From positions 32,001 to 96,000 of the IMG/VR virus record IMGVR_UViG_3300009551_000003: a DNA stretch of 64,000 bases; one strand, written 5' to 3'. Shown one piece after another: positions 1 to 8,290 of the stretch; position 1 is the first letter of the stretch; each line of letters starts with the position of its first letter. The translations under genes and the position numbers were made by a program. The notes under the pieces are model-generated. The model ran no database searches and was not told the origin of the DNA. It worked only from the letters and a program-made list of their open reading frames with translations. Origin of the DNA: a virus.

Positions 1-47
1 AATCGCAAAGAGCCTACAGGCTGCGGCCGGAAGCCGAGAACAAAACG

Positions 48-248
48 ATGACGACAGTGCTGCCGCCGTTGAGGCCTTACATTGTGCGAGCGCGTGAAAC
101 CCGCGTGCATGAGTTTCGAGTTCAAGCGAGATCGGAAGAAGAGGCCAAAGAGATCGTGGAGGAGTTCGCGGACTACGGGTCGTCCCTGACGGATCAGTTC
201 GATAGCAACGAAGTGATGGACGCTACGCTGGAGAGCGATCGTAAATGA
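48..248 (+). CDS. hypothetical protein
   Basis: 66-aa ORF, overlap-coupled to next gene. Confidence 0.6.
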   Translation: MTTVLPPLRPYIVRARETRVHEFRVQARSEEEAKEIVEEFADYGSSLTDQFDSNEVMDATLESDRK

Positions 249-490
249 AATTCGAAGACGCCATTCACGCGTGCAAATGCGGCGGTTACATCCGCGACGA
301 ATCCGGCACGATGCAGCCGGGTTGGAAGATCATGTTCATCCCCGGACAGCGGCCGGGCGGGACGGTCCCGCGCAATCCTGCAAAGCGTGAAGGTGATTTC
401 TTCACGATCAATCCTGTCACCGGATCGAGCTACATGGTCCGGTTTACTGACGCGCATCGCGCGTCTGACCAATGGAGGACTACGCTATGA
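245..490 (+). CDS. hypothetical protein
   Basis: 81-aa ORF, ATGA coupling on both sides. Confidence 0.65.
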   Translation: MKFEDAIHACKCGGYIRDESGTMQPGWKIMFIPGQRPGGTVPRNPAKREGDFFTINPVTGSSYMVRFTDAHRASDQWRTTL

Positions 491-1380
491 CCCCTTTCGC
501 GTATCTGGGCTTGCTTCTACTCACGGTCCTCGTGATCGTGATCCTCCGACTAGCACGAGGCCGTCATCGGCTCGAAGAGAGCGCTGAGTACGGATATTTG
601 GCCGGCGGTGTCTATGACCCCGAAGAACGCGTCTCGGGGCACGATCTCGCGGAGCGTGATGCGGAGCGTGATACCGACCCCATTGAATACGCTAAGAGCG
701 TCGAGGCTGATCCACACGGCATCGTAACACGACCTGATCAAATTCCGGCGAAACACCGCTACCCTGCCGAGCCGCGAACGTTCGGCAAGCGCAAACGCGA
801 TCCGAGAATTGCCTTGACGCCTCGCATGCTGGCGCGTGTCAACATCCAACGGAAGTTGCGAGACAAGTCGCCGCTCAATCACGCCGGATTTCAGAACGCC
901 GTCGCGCACGCGTGGGATCAGCCCCATGAACAGCCGGCGGATCAGACGGGTTGGCTTGCCTATCTGATCGCGTATGAAGTCCTGTTTGCTGGCCACGAGG
1001 CCTCCCGCGTAGACGGCCACGGCGGCGGACTCACGATTGACCCTGACAAGCCCTACAATGGACAGGGAGGAGAGTTTGCCGGCGCCGGGGCCACAGGCTC
1101 GTGGGATGCCGAACTTCAACGGGCGGCGGCCTCCACGATCACTGCCGAGGTGCCAGCCGTTGCTCCCGGACCTTCTCAGATCGACATCTATGCGGCTGCG
1201 GCCGGCATCGCTACGGCAGCGGCATACAGCGCGCCGGCTCCGGAGCCAATCAGGCACGAGAGTTCACTCGACCCGATGCCGAGCTTCAGCGCGCCGGACC
1301 CGAGCCCGAGCTACGACAGTTCATCCTCGTCGAGCGATAGCTCGTCGTCGTCGTCGTCCTCTTCGTCTTCGAGTGATTGA
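487..1380 (+). CDS. membrane-anchored protein with Gly-rich motif and poly-Ser tail
   Basis: N-terminal hydrophobic helix; GQGGEFAGAGATGSW motif; Ser-rich C-terminus; GGAGG RBS. Confidence 0.75.
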   Translation: MTPFAYLGLLLLTVLVIVILRLARGRHRLEESAEYGYLAGGVYDPEERVSGHDLAERDAERDTDPIEYAKSVEADPHGIVTRPDQIPAKHRYPAEPRTFGKRKRDPRIALTPRMLARVNIQRKLRDKSPLNHAGFQNAVAHAWDQPHEQPADQTGWLAYLIAYEVLFAGHEASRVDGHGGGLTIDPDKPYNGQGGEFAGAGATGSWDAELQRAAASTITAEVPAVAPGPSQIDIYAAAAGIATAAAYSAPAPEPIRHESSLDPMPSFSAPDPSPSYDSSSSSSDSSSSSSSSSSSSD

Positions 1381-1504
1381 ATGAAGTGTCTCGACGAAAA
1401 CGAACGCCTCGCCTTGGCTCTACGGATTGCGTCCGGAGAGTTGGAGATTTGCTACGCTCGCGTCGAGGAGAGCGGCCACACCTATTGCACAGTAAGGAAA
1501 CCTC

Positions 1505-1684
1505 ATGACCAAAACCGAAGAACTGATTCTGCGCGGACTGCATCTGATGATACGCTCCAGCTTCTCGCCGAATGATCCGGTCGCGCAAGCGAAGCATTTC
1601 GTCGGGCTCCAACAGGACATCGCCCCATGGTTAACGGACTACGCCGAGATCATGTCTGGCAGCGAACAGAAGACGGCCGACTGA
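1505..1684 (+). CDS. hypothetical protein (59 aa, not in ORF track)
   Basis: AAGGA RBS, MTKTEELILRG...KTAD*. Confidence 0.5.
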   Translation: MTKTEELILRGLHLMIRSSFSPNDPVAQAKHFVGLQQDIAPWLTDYAEIMSGSEQKTAD

Positions 1685-1862
1685 TTCAAATTTTCTCGTG
1701 GACAATCGTTCGCGAAGGTGATATCGGCTTTGTCAAAGAGTACCAAAATGGCGCGCTGGCGTTAACGTATGGGCCAATGCCGACAGCTATCTTGGGACCG
1801 TTCGTCAATGAATGCAACAATCGTGTTGCGACAATCATGGCCCGCTTGATGGAGAAGCACCT

Positions 1863-2162
1863 ATGAGAATCCCCGAGGTCCGCCGCGTGCTTGCGCAGGC
1901 TGCGGACGACTTGCGTACTGGAAAACGCAAGCCGGCAACGATCGCAAAGCTGATCGACTTTTTAGTCGTCAATGAGATGTGGCGCAAGAAACCTCGCCGG
2001 AAGTTCGGTAAGGCCATTCGCACCAAGCTTACGCCCGAACTGAAGAAGAAGATCAGGAAGTATGCCCGCGAGCACAAAACTCAGGACATGCAGGAGATCG
2101 GCAATTTCTTCAACGTCAACCCCGGCCGCGTGTCCGAGATTTTGTCGGGCTTTCGCCGGTAA
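1863..2162 (+). CDS. helix-turn-helix DNA-binding protein
   Basis: C-terminal MQEIGNFFNVNPGRVSEILSG HTH pattern; basic. Confidence 0.7.
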   Translation: MRIPEVRRVLAQAADDLRTGKRKPATIAKLIDFLVVNEMWRKKPRRKFGKAIRTKLTPELKKKIRKYAREHKTQDMQEIGNFFNVNPGRVSEILSGFRR

Positions 2163-2180
2163 CGAAATGCGCGGAGAGTA

Positions 2181-2473
2181 GGGGAGCAAGCATGCGCCCC
2201 GAGGGTACGCGAGCAAAGCAGCTAGGACTTCGATCGGCATGTCGGTTTCGACCGAACGATCGAGGCTCCGTAAAGGGTCCGGGCTTCCCGCTGCCGGGCT
2301 TGGGAGCGTAAGGGACGGGAGACGTATTCTCCCTGCATGCTGTCCCCGTGTTCTTCAAGTCTGATGCCCAACGGATTCGACTGCCGTATAAAGAGGGGCG
2401 GGCGGAGTAATACCGTCCGGCGGCGTGGCAAGGGCACAAGATGCTAAGAACCCTGCCCCTCTTTATGCCGCAG
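2181..2473 (+). ncRNA. candidate structured ncRNA / cis-regulatory leader
   Basis: Nested stems 2181-2195/2335-2347, 2228-2236/2257-2265 with UUCG-capped inner hairpin, 2317-2333, and a 16-bp stem 2387-2402/2452-2467. Confidence 0.5.
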
Positions 2474-2475
2474 CT

Positions 2476-2793
2476 ATGTTACGATTCGCGCAAAAATATG
2501 TCGCGAAAACTAGGAGAGAGCAGTTGAGAAAGCGCCGCCGAAAAGATGCTGCACTGGCGTTTGCTCTAGACGTGAAACAGCCTGATCCGCATGCCTTCAT
2601 TCAATGGAAGGGCACCGATGTTTGCATGGACTTCCACTGTGAGTGCGGCGCGCACCACCACATCGATGCGGATTTTGTTTATGCCGTGAAGTGCTACAAG
2701 TGCAATGCGATCTGGGAGATGCCGAGTCATCTCTATCCGCGTCGTGTACTGAAGCACGATTGCATCTTTATAACCAAGCCCGAGGAAGAGTAA
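2476..2793 (+). CDS. Zn-ribbon-like hypothetical protein
   Basis: CxC and CxxC pairs; start uncertain. Confidence 0.6.
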   Translation: MLRFAQKYVAKTRREQLRKRRRKDAALAFALDVKQPDPHAFIQWKGTDVCMDFHCECGAHHHIDADFVYAVKCYKCNAIWEMPSHLYPRRVLKHDCIFITKPEEE

Positions 2794-3087
2794 ATGGCTA
2801 AGACGAAACGCACCACGAAGAACGGATTCAGGAAGACCGGCAAAGCGCCGCTGCACAGTCGCAATATCAAAATTTTCGTAGTGAAGGGCGGCGATCAGGT
2901 TCGACTTGCCGGCGGCGCGCGTAAGGACGGCACTCCGGTCCGGAAGGGCAAGGATTCGAAACCGATCTTTCTTGGTCGGGTCTATACCGGCGTTAACACT
3001 GGCAAGGTTTATCCCTACGCCAGCAAGAAACGCGGCGGGACAGGCTTGACACTCACGCCGCGTCAAGCTATCGCAGTCGTCAAATAG
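2794..3087 (+). CDS. small basic hypothetical protein
   Basis: 97 aa, Lys/Arg-rich, GAGG RBS. Confidence 0.65.
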   Translation: MAKTKRTTKNGFRKTGKAPLHSRNIKIFVVKGGDQVRLAGGARKDGTPVRKGKDSKPIFLGRVYTGVNTGKVYPYASKKRGGTGLTLTPRQAIAVVK

Positions 3088-3250
3088 AGGACTACACGAT
3101 GCGATCTAAGGGCAAGCGAATGCGCCCGGCATCTGGCGGGAAGCGCGGCCGATCGGGAGCCAAGCTGACAGTGCGGCGCCGCGCTCGCGTCATGTTGAAA
3201 GTTGACGAGCGCGCGATCTTGCGCCAGATCATGCAATAGGAGAGTAACAA

Positions 3251-3721
3251 ATGCGTGGCCGTGGTGGAGTTATCGCGAACCAAAAGCTGACATCACAACC
3301 GGCGTGGAGCGAGCCGATGACTGGCGGCATGCTGAAGCATCGCCGGTTCGTCTGGATCAAGCGTGGCGGAGTCGGCCGGCAGTCCGGCTCCGGTCCGAGC
3401 GGCTGTAAGGCTACGCCACGTGCATTGCTCTCGCGTACTCTTCGAGATCGGGCGGGAGTAGCGGCGGTCGTCACGGCGCGTCAGGAGCTTGCTTACAAGG
3501 CCAAGGCGACTCCGCCGAAGATCATCTATGGGCGGCTACCGCCCGGTCCGCTCCCGTATGACAACAAGCGATTTGTGATCATTGACGGCAGGCGAGAGTA
3601 CGCGCCGGTCGGCACACACCTCTGCCATGATGGCGTCGAGTACGCGCTAAATGGCGGAGGGTTCTGTGATCGTTGCGGCGAGAATGTGGAAAAACTTTCG
3701 GCCCACCTAACGGAGGAGTAA
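3251..3721 (+). CDS. basic hypothetical protein with C-terminal Cys/His motif
   Basis: AGGAG RBS; abuts rtcB. Confidence 0.55.
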   Translation: MRGRGGVIANQKLTSQPAWSEPMTGGMLKHRRFVWIKRGGVGRQSGSGPSGCKATPRALLSRTLRDRAGVAAVVTARQELAYKAKATPPKIIYGRLPPGPLPYDNKRFVIIDGRREYAPVGTHLCHDGVEYALNGGGFCDRCGENVEKLSAHLTEE

Positions 3722-5068
3722 ATGTCTGAGCGTCGTAGTGATCCGTACCTAGAGCGTGCTCGCGAGCTTTGCCTTCAATCTGGCATCGATCCTGACAGTC
3801 GGCGTGGCGAAGGTCGCGGACATCCCGCGTGGACAGAATACCGCGACGCCGCGCGCAAGGAACATCTCGCGCGTGAGCAAGCCGCGCTCGCGGCTGACAT
3901 TGCCATCGCTCCGCAGGCGCCGGAATATCAAAACGCGCCGTTGAAGATTTTTGGCGAGCACGATGATGCAACGATCGCACAGATGCGAAACTGCATGAGC
4001 GTCGGCAACGTCGTGGCCGGCGTGATCTGCGCTGACGGGCATCTCGGCTATGCGCAGCCGGTCGGCGGCGTGATCGCATATGAGAAAGATCAGGTTAGCA
4101 TCTCCGGTGTAGGTTTCGATATAGCGTGCGGCAACATGGCTGTTCGCCTCGACATGCCGTTCGCTGAGATCGAGCCGCGCATTCCCGAGATCATCCGCGA
4201 CGTTCAACGAATCATTTCGTTCGGCGTCGGTCGCACCAACGACGAGCGTGTCGAGCATGCGCTGTTCGATAACGCTGATCTCTGGCGGGCTTCGGACATG
4301 GAGGACTACCGCCAGAAGGCCGTATCGCAACTCGGCACGGTCGGCTCCGGCAACCACTACGTTGATATTTTGCGCGACGAAGAAGGCCTCCCTTGGATCG
4401 GCGTTCACTTCGGGAGCCGAGGTCTTGGACACACGAGCGCAACGAAATACCTGAAGGCCGCCGGGGGCAAGGATGGCATGAACGTTCCGCCGGCTCTCGT
4501 CAATCTCAATACCGAACTCGGCCAGCGCTATATCGCCGCTATGCAATTGGGCGGTGCCTATGCCTACGCCGGCCGGGAGTGGGTTGTCGAACGCGTCCGC
4601 AAGATCATCGGCGGCACCGTCACCGAGAGCGTGCACAATCATCACAACTTTGCATGGCTCGAAGAGCATGGCGGTCGTGAGCTATGGGTCATCCGCAAGG
4701 GAGCGACGCCGTCGCGCCCGGGCCAGAAAGGATTCGTCGGTGGCTCCATGGGAGACGATGCCGTGATCATCGAAGGCGTCGAGAGCCCCGAGGCCAAGGC
4801 CGCACTTTACTCGACCATCCACGGCGCCGGCCGACTGTTCGGCCGCAAAGAGGCCAAGCGCCGGTTCACGAAGCAACAGATGGACGAATGGCTACAGGCC
4901 CGTGGCGTGACCCTCGTGGGCGCTGACCTCGACGAAAGCCCGATGGCGTATCGGCGCCTCCCGGAAGTTCTGGCGCACCACGCCGGCTCCGTAAAGGTCC
5001 TACACACGCTCCGGCCGTTCGCGGTCGCTATGGCCGGCGCCGGAGAGTTTGACCCTTACAAGGACTAA
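3722..5068 (+). CDS. rtcB: RtcB-family RNA ligase
   Basis: DGHLGY..PVGG, VGFDIACG, LGTVGSGNHY, HFGSRG, HNHHNF, RKGATP, HGAGR, DESPMAYR motifs. Confidence 0.95.
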   Translation: MSERRSDPYLERARELCLQSGIDPDSRRGEGRGHPAWTEYRDAARKEHLAREQAALAADIAIAPQAPEYQNAPLKIFGEHDDATIAQMRNCMSVGNVVAGVICADGHLGYAQPVGGVIAYEKDQVSISGVGFDIACGNMAVRLDMPFAEIEPRIPEIIRDVQRIISFGVGRTNDERVEHALFDNADLWRASDMEDYRQKAVSQLGTVGSGNHYVDILRDEEGLPWIGVHFGSRGLGHTSATKYLKAAGGKDGMNVPPALVNLNTELGQRYIAAMQLGGAYAYAGREWVVERVRKIIGGTVTESVHNHHNFAWLEEHGGRELWVIRKGATPSRPGQKGFVGGSMGDDAVIIEGVESPEAKAALYSTIHGAGRLFGRKEAKRRFTKQQMDEWLQARGVTLVGADLDESPMAYRRLPEVLAHHAGSVKVLHTLRPFAVAMAGAGEFDPYKD

Positions 5069-5301
5069 AAGACATGAAGAAATTTTTGTTGATCTGTATC
5101 GCTCCCGTTTATCTTCTTGGCTGGGCCGGAGCAATGGCTGCGGTTGATCGTAACTACTACAGGGACATCGGTGAAGGACTTGCCATGCAGCGCTCCGGTT
5201 CGTCTTGGAGAGTGCCTAGGTGAAATGGCTCTTGGCGCGATATGGCCGGCAGCCGCTATAGCGGACACGGCTTTTCGAGCGTACCGCAACGAACACAAGG
5301 A

Positions 5302-5330
5302 TTGACAGACGACTCAGGATGCGCTATAAG
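5302..5330 (+). promoter_or_regulatory. sigma70-type promoter of the RNA operon
   Basis: TTGACA-N17-TATAAG. Confidence 0.75.
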
Positions 5331-5343
5331 CGCGCCCTCACTA

Positions 5344-5495
5344 CCGAGAGCCTACGGGGGCTTCTCCCTCTGAGGCCCGAAAAGCCGAAAGGCCTGTTGG
5401 CGAAAGCCGACTAGGGCATGCCCGTAGGGAAGCCGCACCGCGCGAGAGCGAGGAGCGGAGCAACTAACACGAGGCGACATCGCGCGCCTACTCGG
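5344..5495 (+). ncRNA. candidate structured ncRNA leading the tRNA operon
   Basis: Closing stem CCGAG/CTCGG, CCTACGGG/CCCGTAGG, three GNRA-capped hairpins (GAAA, GAAA, GAGA). Confidence 0.6.
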
Positions 5496-5554
5496 AAAAC
5501 GAAACGATGAAGACCCGGACCGCAAACTCGAATACCCCCAACCCGCGCCCATCT

Positions 5555-5633
5555 CAGGGCGTGGGGGAGTCTGCTCGTCCCCGCCGCACTCGGAATGCGG
5601 AGATCGCGGGTCGAAATCCCGCCGCCCTGACCA
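5555..5633 (+). tRNA. tRNA-Pro(CGG), non-canonical D/T loops
   Basis: Fully paired cloverleaf, anticodon CGG 5591-5593, encoded CCA; T-loop TCGAAAT. Confidence 0.85.
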
Positions 5634-5683
5634 CTCTCACATCGAATATTACCGGCCGCCTGCAACGCTGGCAGTGATCCTTT

Positions 5684-5757
5684 ACAGGATTGGTGTAGCG
5701 GTAGCACGGCGGCCTCCAAACCCGCTGGCCATGGTTCGAACCCATGATCCTGTGCCA
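5684..5757 (+). tRNA. tRNA-Trp(CCA)
   Basis: ACAGGAT/ATCCTGT acceptor, CT-CCA-AA loop, TTCGAAC, CCA. Confidence 0.9.
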
Positions 5758-5758
5758 T

Positions 5759-5833
5759 GCCGGTTTGGTGTAACGGTAGCACAACGGGCTCTGAACCCGT
5801 TAGGTCTCAGTTCGAATCCGAGAGCCGGTGCCA
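5759..5833 (+). tRNA. tRNA-Gln(CTG)
   Basis: ACGGG-CT-CTG-AA-CCCGT arm, TTCGAAT, CCA. Confidence 0.9.
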
Positions 5834-5837
5834 ACAA

Positions 5838-5913
5838 GTCGATGTAGCTCAGTGGTAGAGCAGGGCTTTCGTAAAGCTCAGGTCGGAGGTTCAATCCCAT
5901 CCCATCGGCACCA
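5838..5913 (+). tRNA. tRNA-Thr(CGT)
   Basis: GGGCT-TT-CGT-AA-AGCTC arm, CCA; bulge in T stem. Confidence 0.9.
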
Positions 5914-5919
5914 ATCTCT

Positions 5920-5997
5920 GACAGCGTAGCTCAGTTCGGTAGAGCATCGGGCTCATAACCCGAGGGTCCTTGGTTCAAATCCAAGCGTCTGTCACCA
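5920..5997 (+). tRNA. tRNA-Met(CAT) (initiator-like anticodon stem; Ile2 not excluded)
   Basis: TCGGG-CT-CAT-AA-CCCGA arm with three G-C pairs, CCA; bulged T in acceptor. Confidence 0.85.
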
Positions 5998-6029
5998 AGA
6001 AAACCTCTATGTTTTTCTGACATCGAATG

Positions 6030-6106
6030 CCCAGTGTAGCTTAGTTGGTTAGAGCGCGCGGTCGATAACCGTGAGGTCGCCGGTTCGAATCCGGCCACTG
6101 GCACCA
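6030..6106 (+). tRNA. tRNA-Ile(GAT)
   Basis: CGCGG-TC-GAT-AA-CCGTG arm, TTCGAAT, CCA. Confidence 0.88.
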
Positions 6107-6109
6107 AAT

Positions 6110-6182
6110 GGGGCGGGCAGAAGGGCTGCACTGATGCCTTGCAAGCAACGGGAGCCGGGGGCAGTACCCGGTCGCTCCACCA
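6110..6182 (+). tRNA. atypical tRNA-Ala(TGC) with tmRNA-like T-arm
   Basis: GGGGCGG/TCGCTCC acceptor with G3:U70, A73, CCA; CT-TGC-AA loop; T-loop GGCAGTA. Confidence 0.75.
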
Positions 6183-6185
6183 ATT

Positions 6186-6261
6186 TGGGAAGTGGCGAAG
6201 ATGGTAACGCGGCGAACTGTTAATTCGCTTACCGTAGGTTCGAATCCTACCTTCCCAGCCA
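6186..6261 (+). tRNA. tRNA-Asn(GTT)
   Basis: GCGAA-CT-GTT-AA-TTCGC arm, TTCGAAT, G73, CCA. Confidence 0.92.
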
Positions 6262-6582
6262 ACGATCGTTGTAGAGCGTCATGTGATCGTAGTTCGGGAC
6301 CCGGGCGAAGGAACAAAGCTTCCGCCCGTCAACATCGTAAATGAAATGGAAGCTAGCTCCGATCGCCCGCTCGGATACGTTGTGCCATTCACCCGAACCA
6401 TCGGTTGCGAACAGCCAATAGCCTTCAGCATCGTGGCTGGCGCAAAACCACCGCATGACCGAACGCCGAGGCCAGCACGAGCCAAGAAACTCATGTCCGA
6501 CCACCGCATGGTCGGGATGCGACATCGGCGTTACGCGGGGTACGCGCTCGCCACCGTAGGGGTCACGATCCATTTTGGACAT
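6247..6582 (-). CDS. hypothetical protein
   Basis: Last gene of leftward operon. Confidence 0.55.
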   Translation of the reverse strand: MSKMDRDPYGGERVPRVTPMSHPDHAVVGHEFLGSCWPRRSVMRWFCASHDAEGYWLFATDGSGEWHNVSERAIGASFHFIYDVDGRKLCSFARVPNYDHMTLYNDRWLGR

Positions 6583-6588
6583 CCTTTT

Positions 6589-6852
6589 TCACAGAGCGAC
6601 AAAATCTCCGGGCTCGACAGGCGATGCGAGCAGAAGCGTTGCGATCGGCTCTCCGCCGATCGGCTCCTCGAAGATCGCGAGCCGCATATCCGTGCCGAGC
6701 ATGTTGATCGGACCTACGGGAGACCCTTTCAGATATAGCGTTATATCCTGACCCTCTAGTTCTGCCCATCCATCAATCGGCTGTCGGAGTGTGACCACTT
6801 CGCGCTCGACACCGTCAACGATTGCTAGCACACTGGCGTATTTCGTTTTCAT
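6589..6852 (-). CDS. hypothetical protein
   Basis: 87 aa, coupled to upstream gene. Confidence 0.6.
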   Translation of the reverse strand: MKTKYASVLAIVDGVEREVVTLRQPIDGWAELEGQDITLYLKGSPVGPINMLGTDMRLAIFEEPIGGEPIATLLLASPVEPGDFVAL

Positions 6853-7040
6853 TCATCATCATCCCATAAATCGAAGAGCATCCACTCTCGGGTCCTGACG
6901 TTGAAGTAGCCGAGGCTCAGCGCCATGACAAGCCCCTCATAGACGGCTCCGAGCCCGAGCAAAAAGAACCGCCACTGATCCTTACGGGAGGAGTGCCGAG
7001 CTCTGCTCGGAATAAAATTCTTGCGAAGAGTGACTAGCAT
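6849..7040 (-). CDS. small membrane protein
   Basis: GAGAGG RBS, hydrophobic segment. Confidence 0.55.
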   Translation of the reverse strand: MLVTLRKNFIPSRARHSSRKDQWRFFLLGLGAVYEGLVMALSLGYFNVRTREWMLFDLWDDDE

Positions 7041-7078
7041 TGGTCCTCTCAAAAATAAATCTTGTCGCCGGCACTCCG

Positions 7079-7390
7079 TCAAAAGAACGCGCTATCATCG
7101 TATGCGAATGGTCGCACAGGTTGGTTTTCGTCGCCGTCTGCGAAGATCACCACGTCCTCGGGTATCACTTCGTCAACCGCGCGACGATCCCAGAAGCGAT
7201 GAATGAAGTCGGGCCGGCCGAAGGTTTTGACGGCGGTCGAGTAGCGATCATCTTTGAAACCGACGAAGTGATAGAGGCCGCGCTCTTCATAGCGCGTGCC
7301 CCGTGTTGCGTTCTGCCAAGCGACACGCGTCAGCTTCACGCGGCCATCTGGCAGACGCTCGATCACCCCTTCGTCGATCAACCCTTGCAT
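7079..7390 (-). CDS. hypothetical protein
   Basis: 103 aa, HFVGF..FGRPDFIHRFWD motif. Confidence 0.7.
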   Translation of the reverse strand: MQGLIDEGVIERLPDGRVKLTRVAWQNATRGTRYEERGLYHFVGFKDDRYSTAVKTFGRPDFIHRFWDRRAVDEVIPEDVVIFADGDENQPVRPFAYDDSAFF

Positions 7391-7656
7391 GGAATATTAA
7401 CCTCGATAGTGCGGCGAACCACGCGAGAGACCTTCTCAACGACCTGATATGGTGTCGTCAGATCGTTCGGAGCCCGGTAGGCCTCGATGATCGCGCCAGA
7501 CAGATACCACTCGCCTTTCTTGGGCGCGCGAAATCCGACCTTCCGGTAGAAGTATCGGTCTTGAAGAAGCCCGCTCGTGCCGAGCGGTATGAAGTTGACA
7601 GGGCCAAACAGCGTTTTGCCAACGTCGGCCTCAATGATCTCACGATAGTTACGCAT
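7378..7656 (-). CDS. hypothetical protein
   Basis: FRAPKKGEWYLSGAIIEAYRAPNDL motif; GAGGAGG RBS. Confidence 0.7.
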   Translation of the reverse strand: MRNYREIIEADVGKTLFGPVNFIPLGTSGLLQDRYFYRKVGFRAPKKGEWYLSGAIIEAYRAPNDLTTPYQVVEKVSRVVRRTIEVNIPCKG

Positions 7657-7921
7657 TTTGCCAGCCCTCCTCATATGCCTTAGCGACATAGGTGTCGAAA
7701 ACTTCGTCTGCCCGGAAGCTGTTCGTGCACCATTCGCTGCACTCCGGCTCCGTCTTCGGCGTGTCTCCGGGACAACAAAACGAGTGGCCCGGAAGGAAGG
7801 TCGCGACGAGAGCCTGCCGGCCGTATTGCTGGATACGCACGTCGCCGGTTTCGTCGCCACGTTTAAGCAGCAAGATGCGGACCGCGTCGCCGGGATATTT
7901 TGGTTCGGTCCATAGAGACAT
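7649..7921 (-). CDS. hypothetical protein, paralogue of 9270..9563
   Basis: Shares GDVRIQxYGR..FLPG..PGDxPKT..EW. Confidence 0.75.
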   Translation of the reverse strand: MSLWTEPKYPGDAVRILLLKRGDETGDVRIQQYGRQALVATFLPGHSFCCPGDTPKTEPECSEWCTNSFRADEVFDTYVAKAYEEGWQNA

Positions 7922-8199
7922 CACGCAAACTCCGGTTTCCAAAAGTAGTAATACTCCTGCTTGAGCGTTCGCCCATCCTGCCGGCGCACGCGCCGAACAG
8001 AGCAGCCCCGGGCGCCGAGATTATCAACCCAGTTATGGGCCAGCGTCTTCGCGTGAGCCAAGCTCTCCGCGTCAAGCTCGCACCACGACCCGTCGTCAAC
8101 CTCGACGAACACGACGTATTCAGTCTTGCGCTGTACGCGCGCCTCGTCGCGCTCGCGCGTGAGAAGGTCCGCAACAGTCTCGGCAGAAAATTTAGGCAT
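7921..8199 (-). CDS. hypothetical protein
   Basis: GAGAGG RBS, coupled stop/start. Confidence 0.65.
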   Translation of the reverse strand: MPKFSAETVADLLTRERDEARVQRKTEYVVFVEVDDGSWCELDAESLAHAKTLAHNWVDNLGARGCSVRRVRRQDGRTLKQEYYYFWKPEFA

Positions 8200-8290
8200 T
8201 TGAACCTCTCGTGTATTCTCGGGACAGGCGCAGGCCTTCAAGATAGTACCATCGCGTCCATTCGTGTTCGTTGTGCACTAGAAAACTCCG

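Noticed and set aside
1318-1377. TCG/TCN microsatellite-like run
   Set aside because: Encodes the poly-Ser tail of ORF 487-1380.
2360-2400. tmRNA 5' end suggested by GGATTCGAC
   Set aside because: No GGGG acceptor strand or matching CCA end nearby, and no tag reading frame identified.
5368-5530. Hammerhead-like words (CTGAGG..GAAA; CGAAAC..GATGAAG) in the tRNA leader
   Set aside because: Could not assemble the CUGANGA/GAAA core with three supporting stems.
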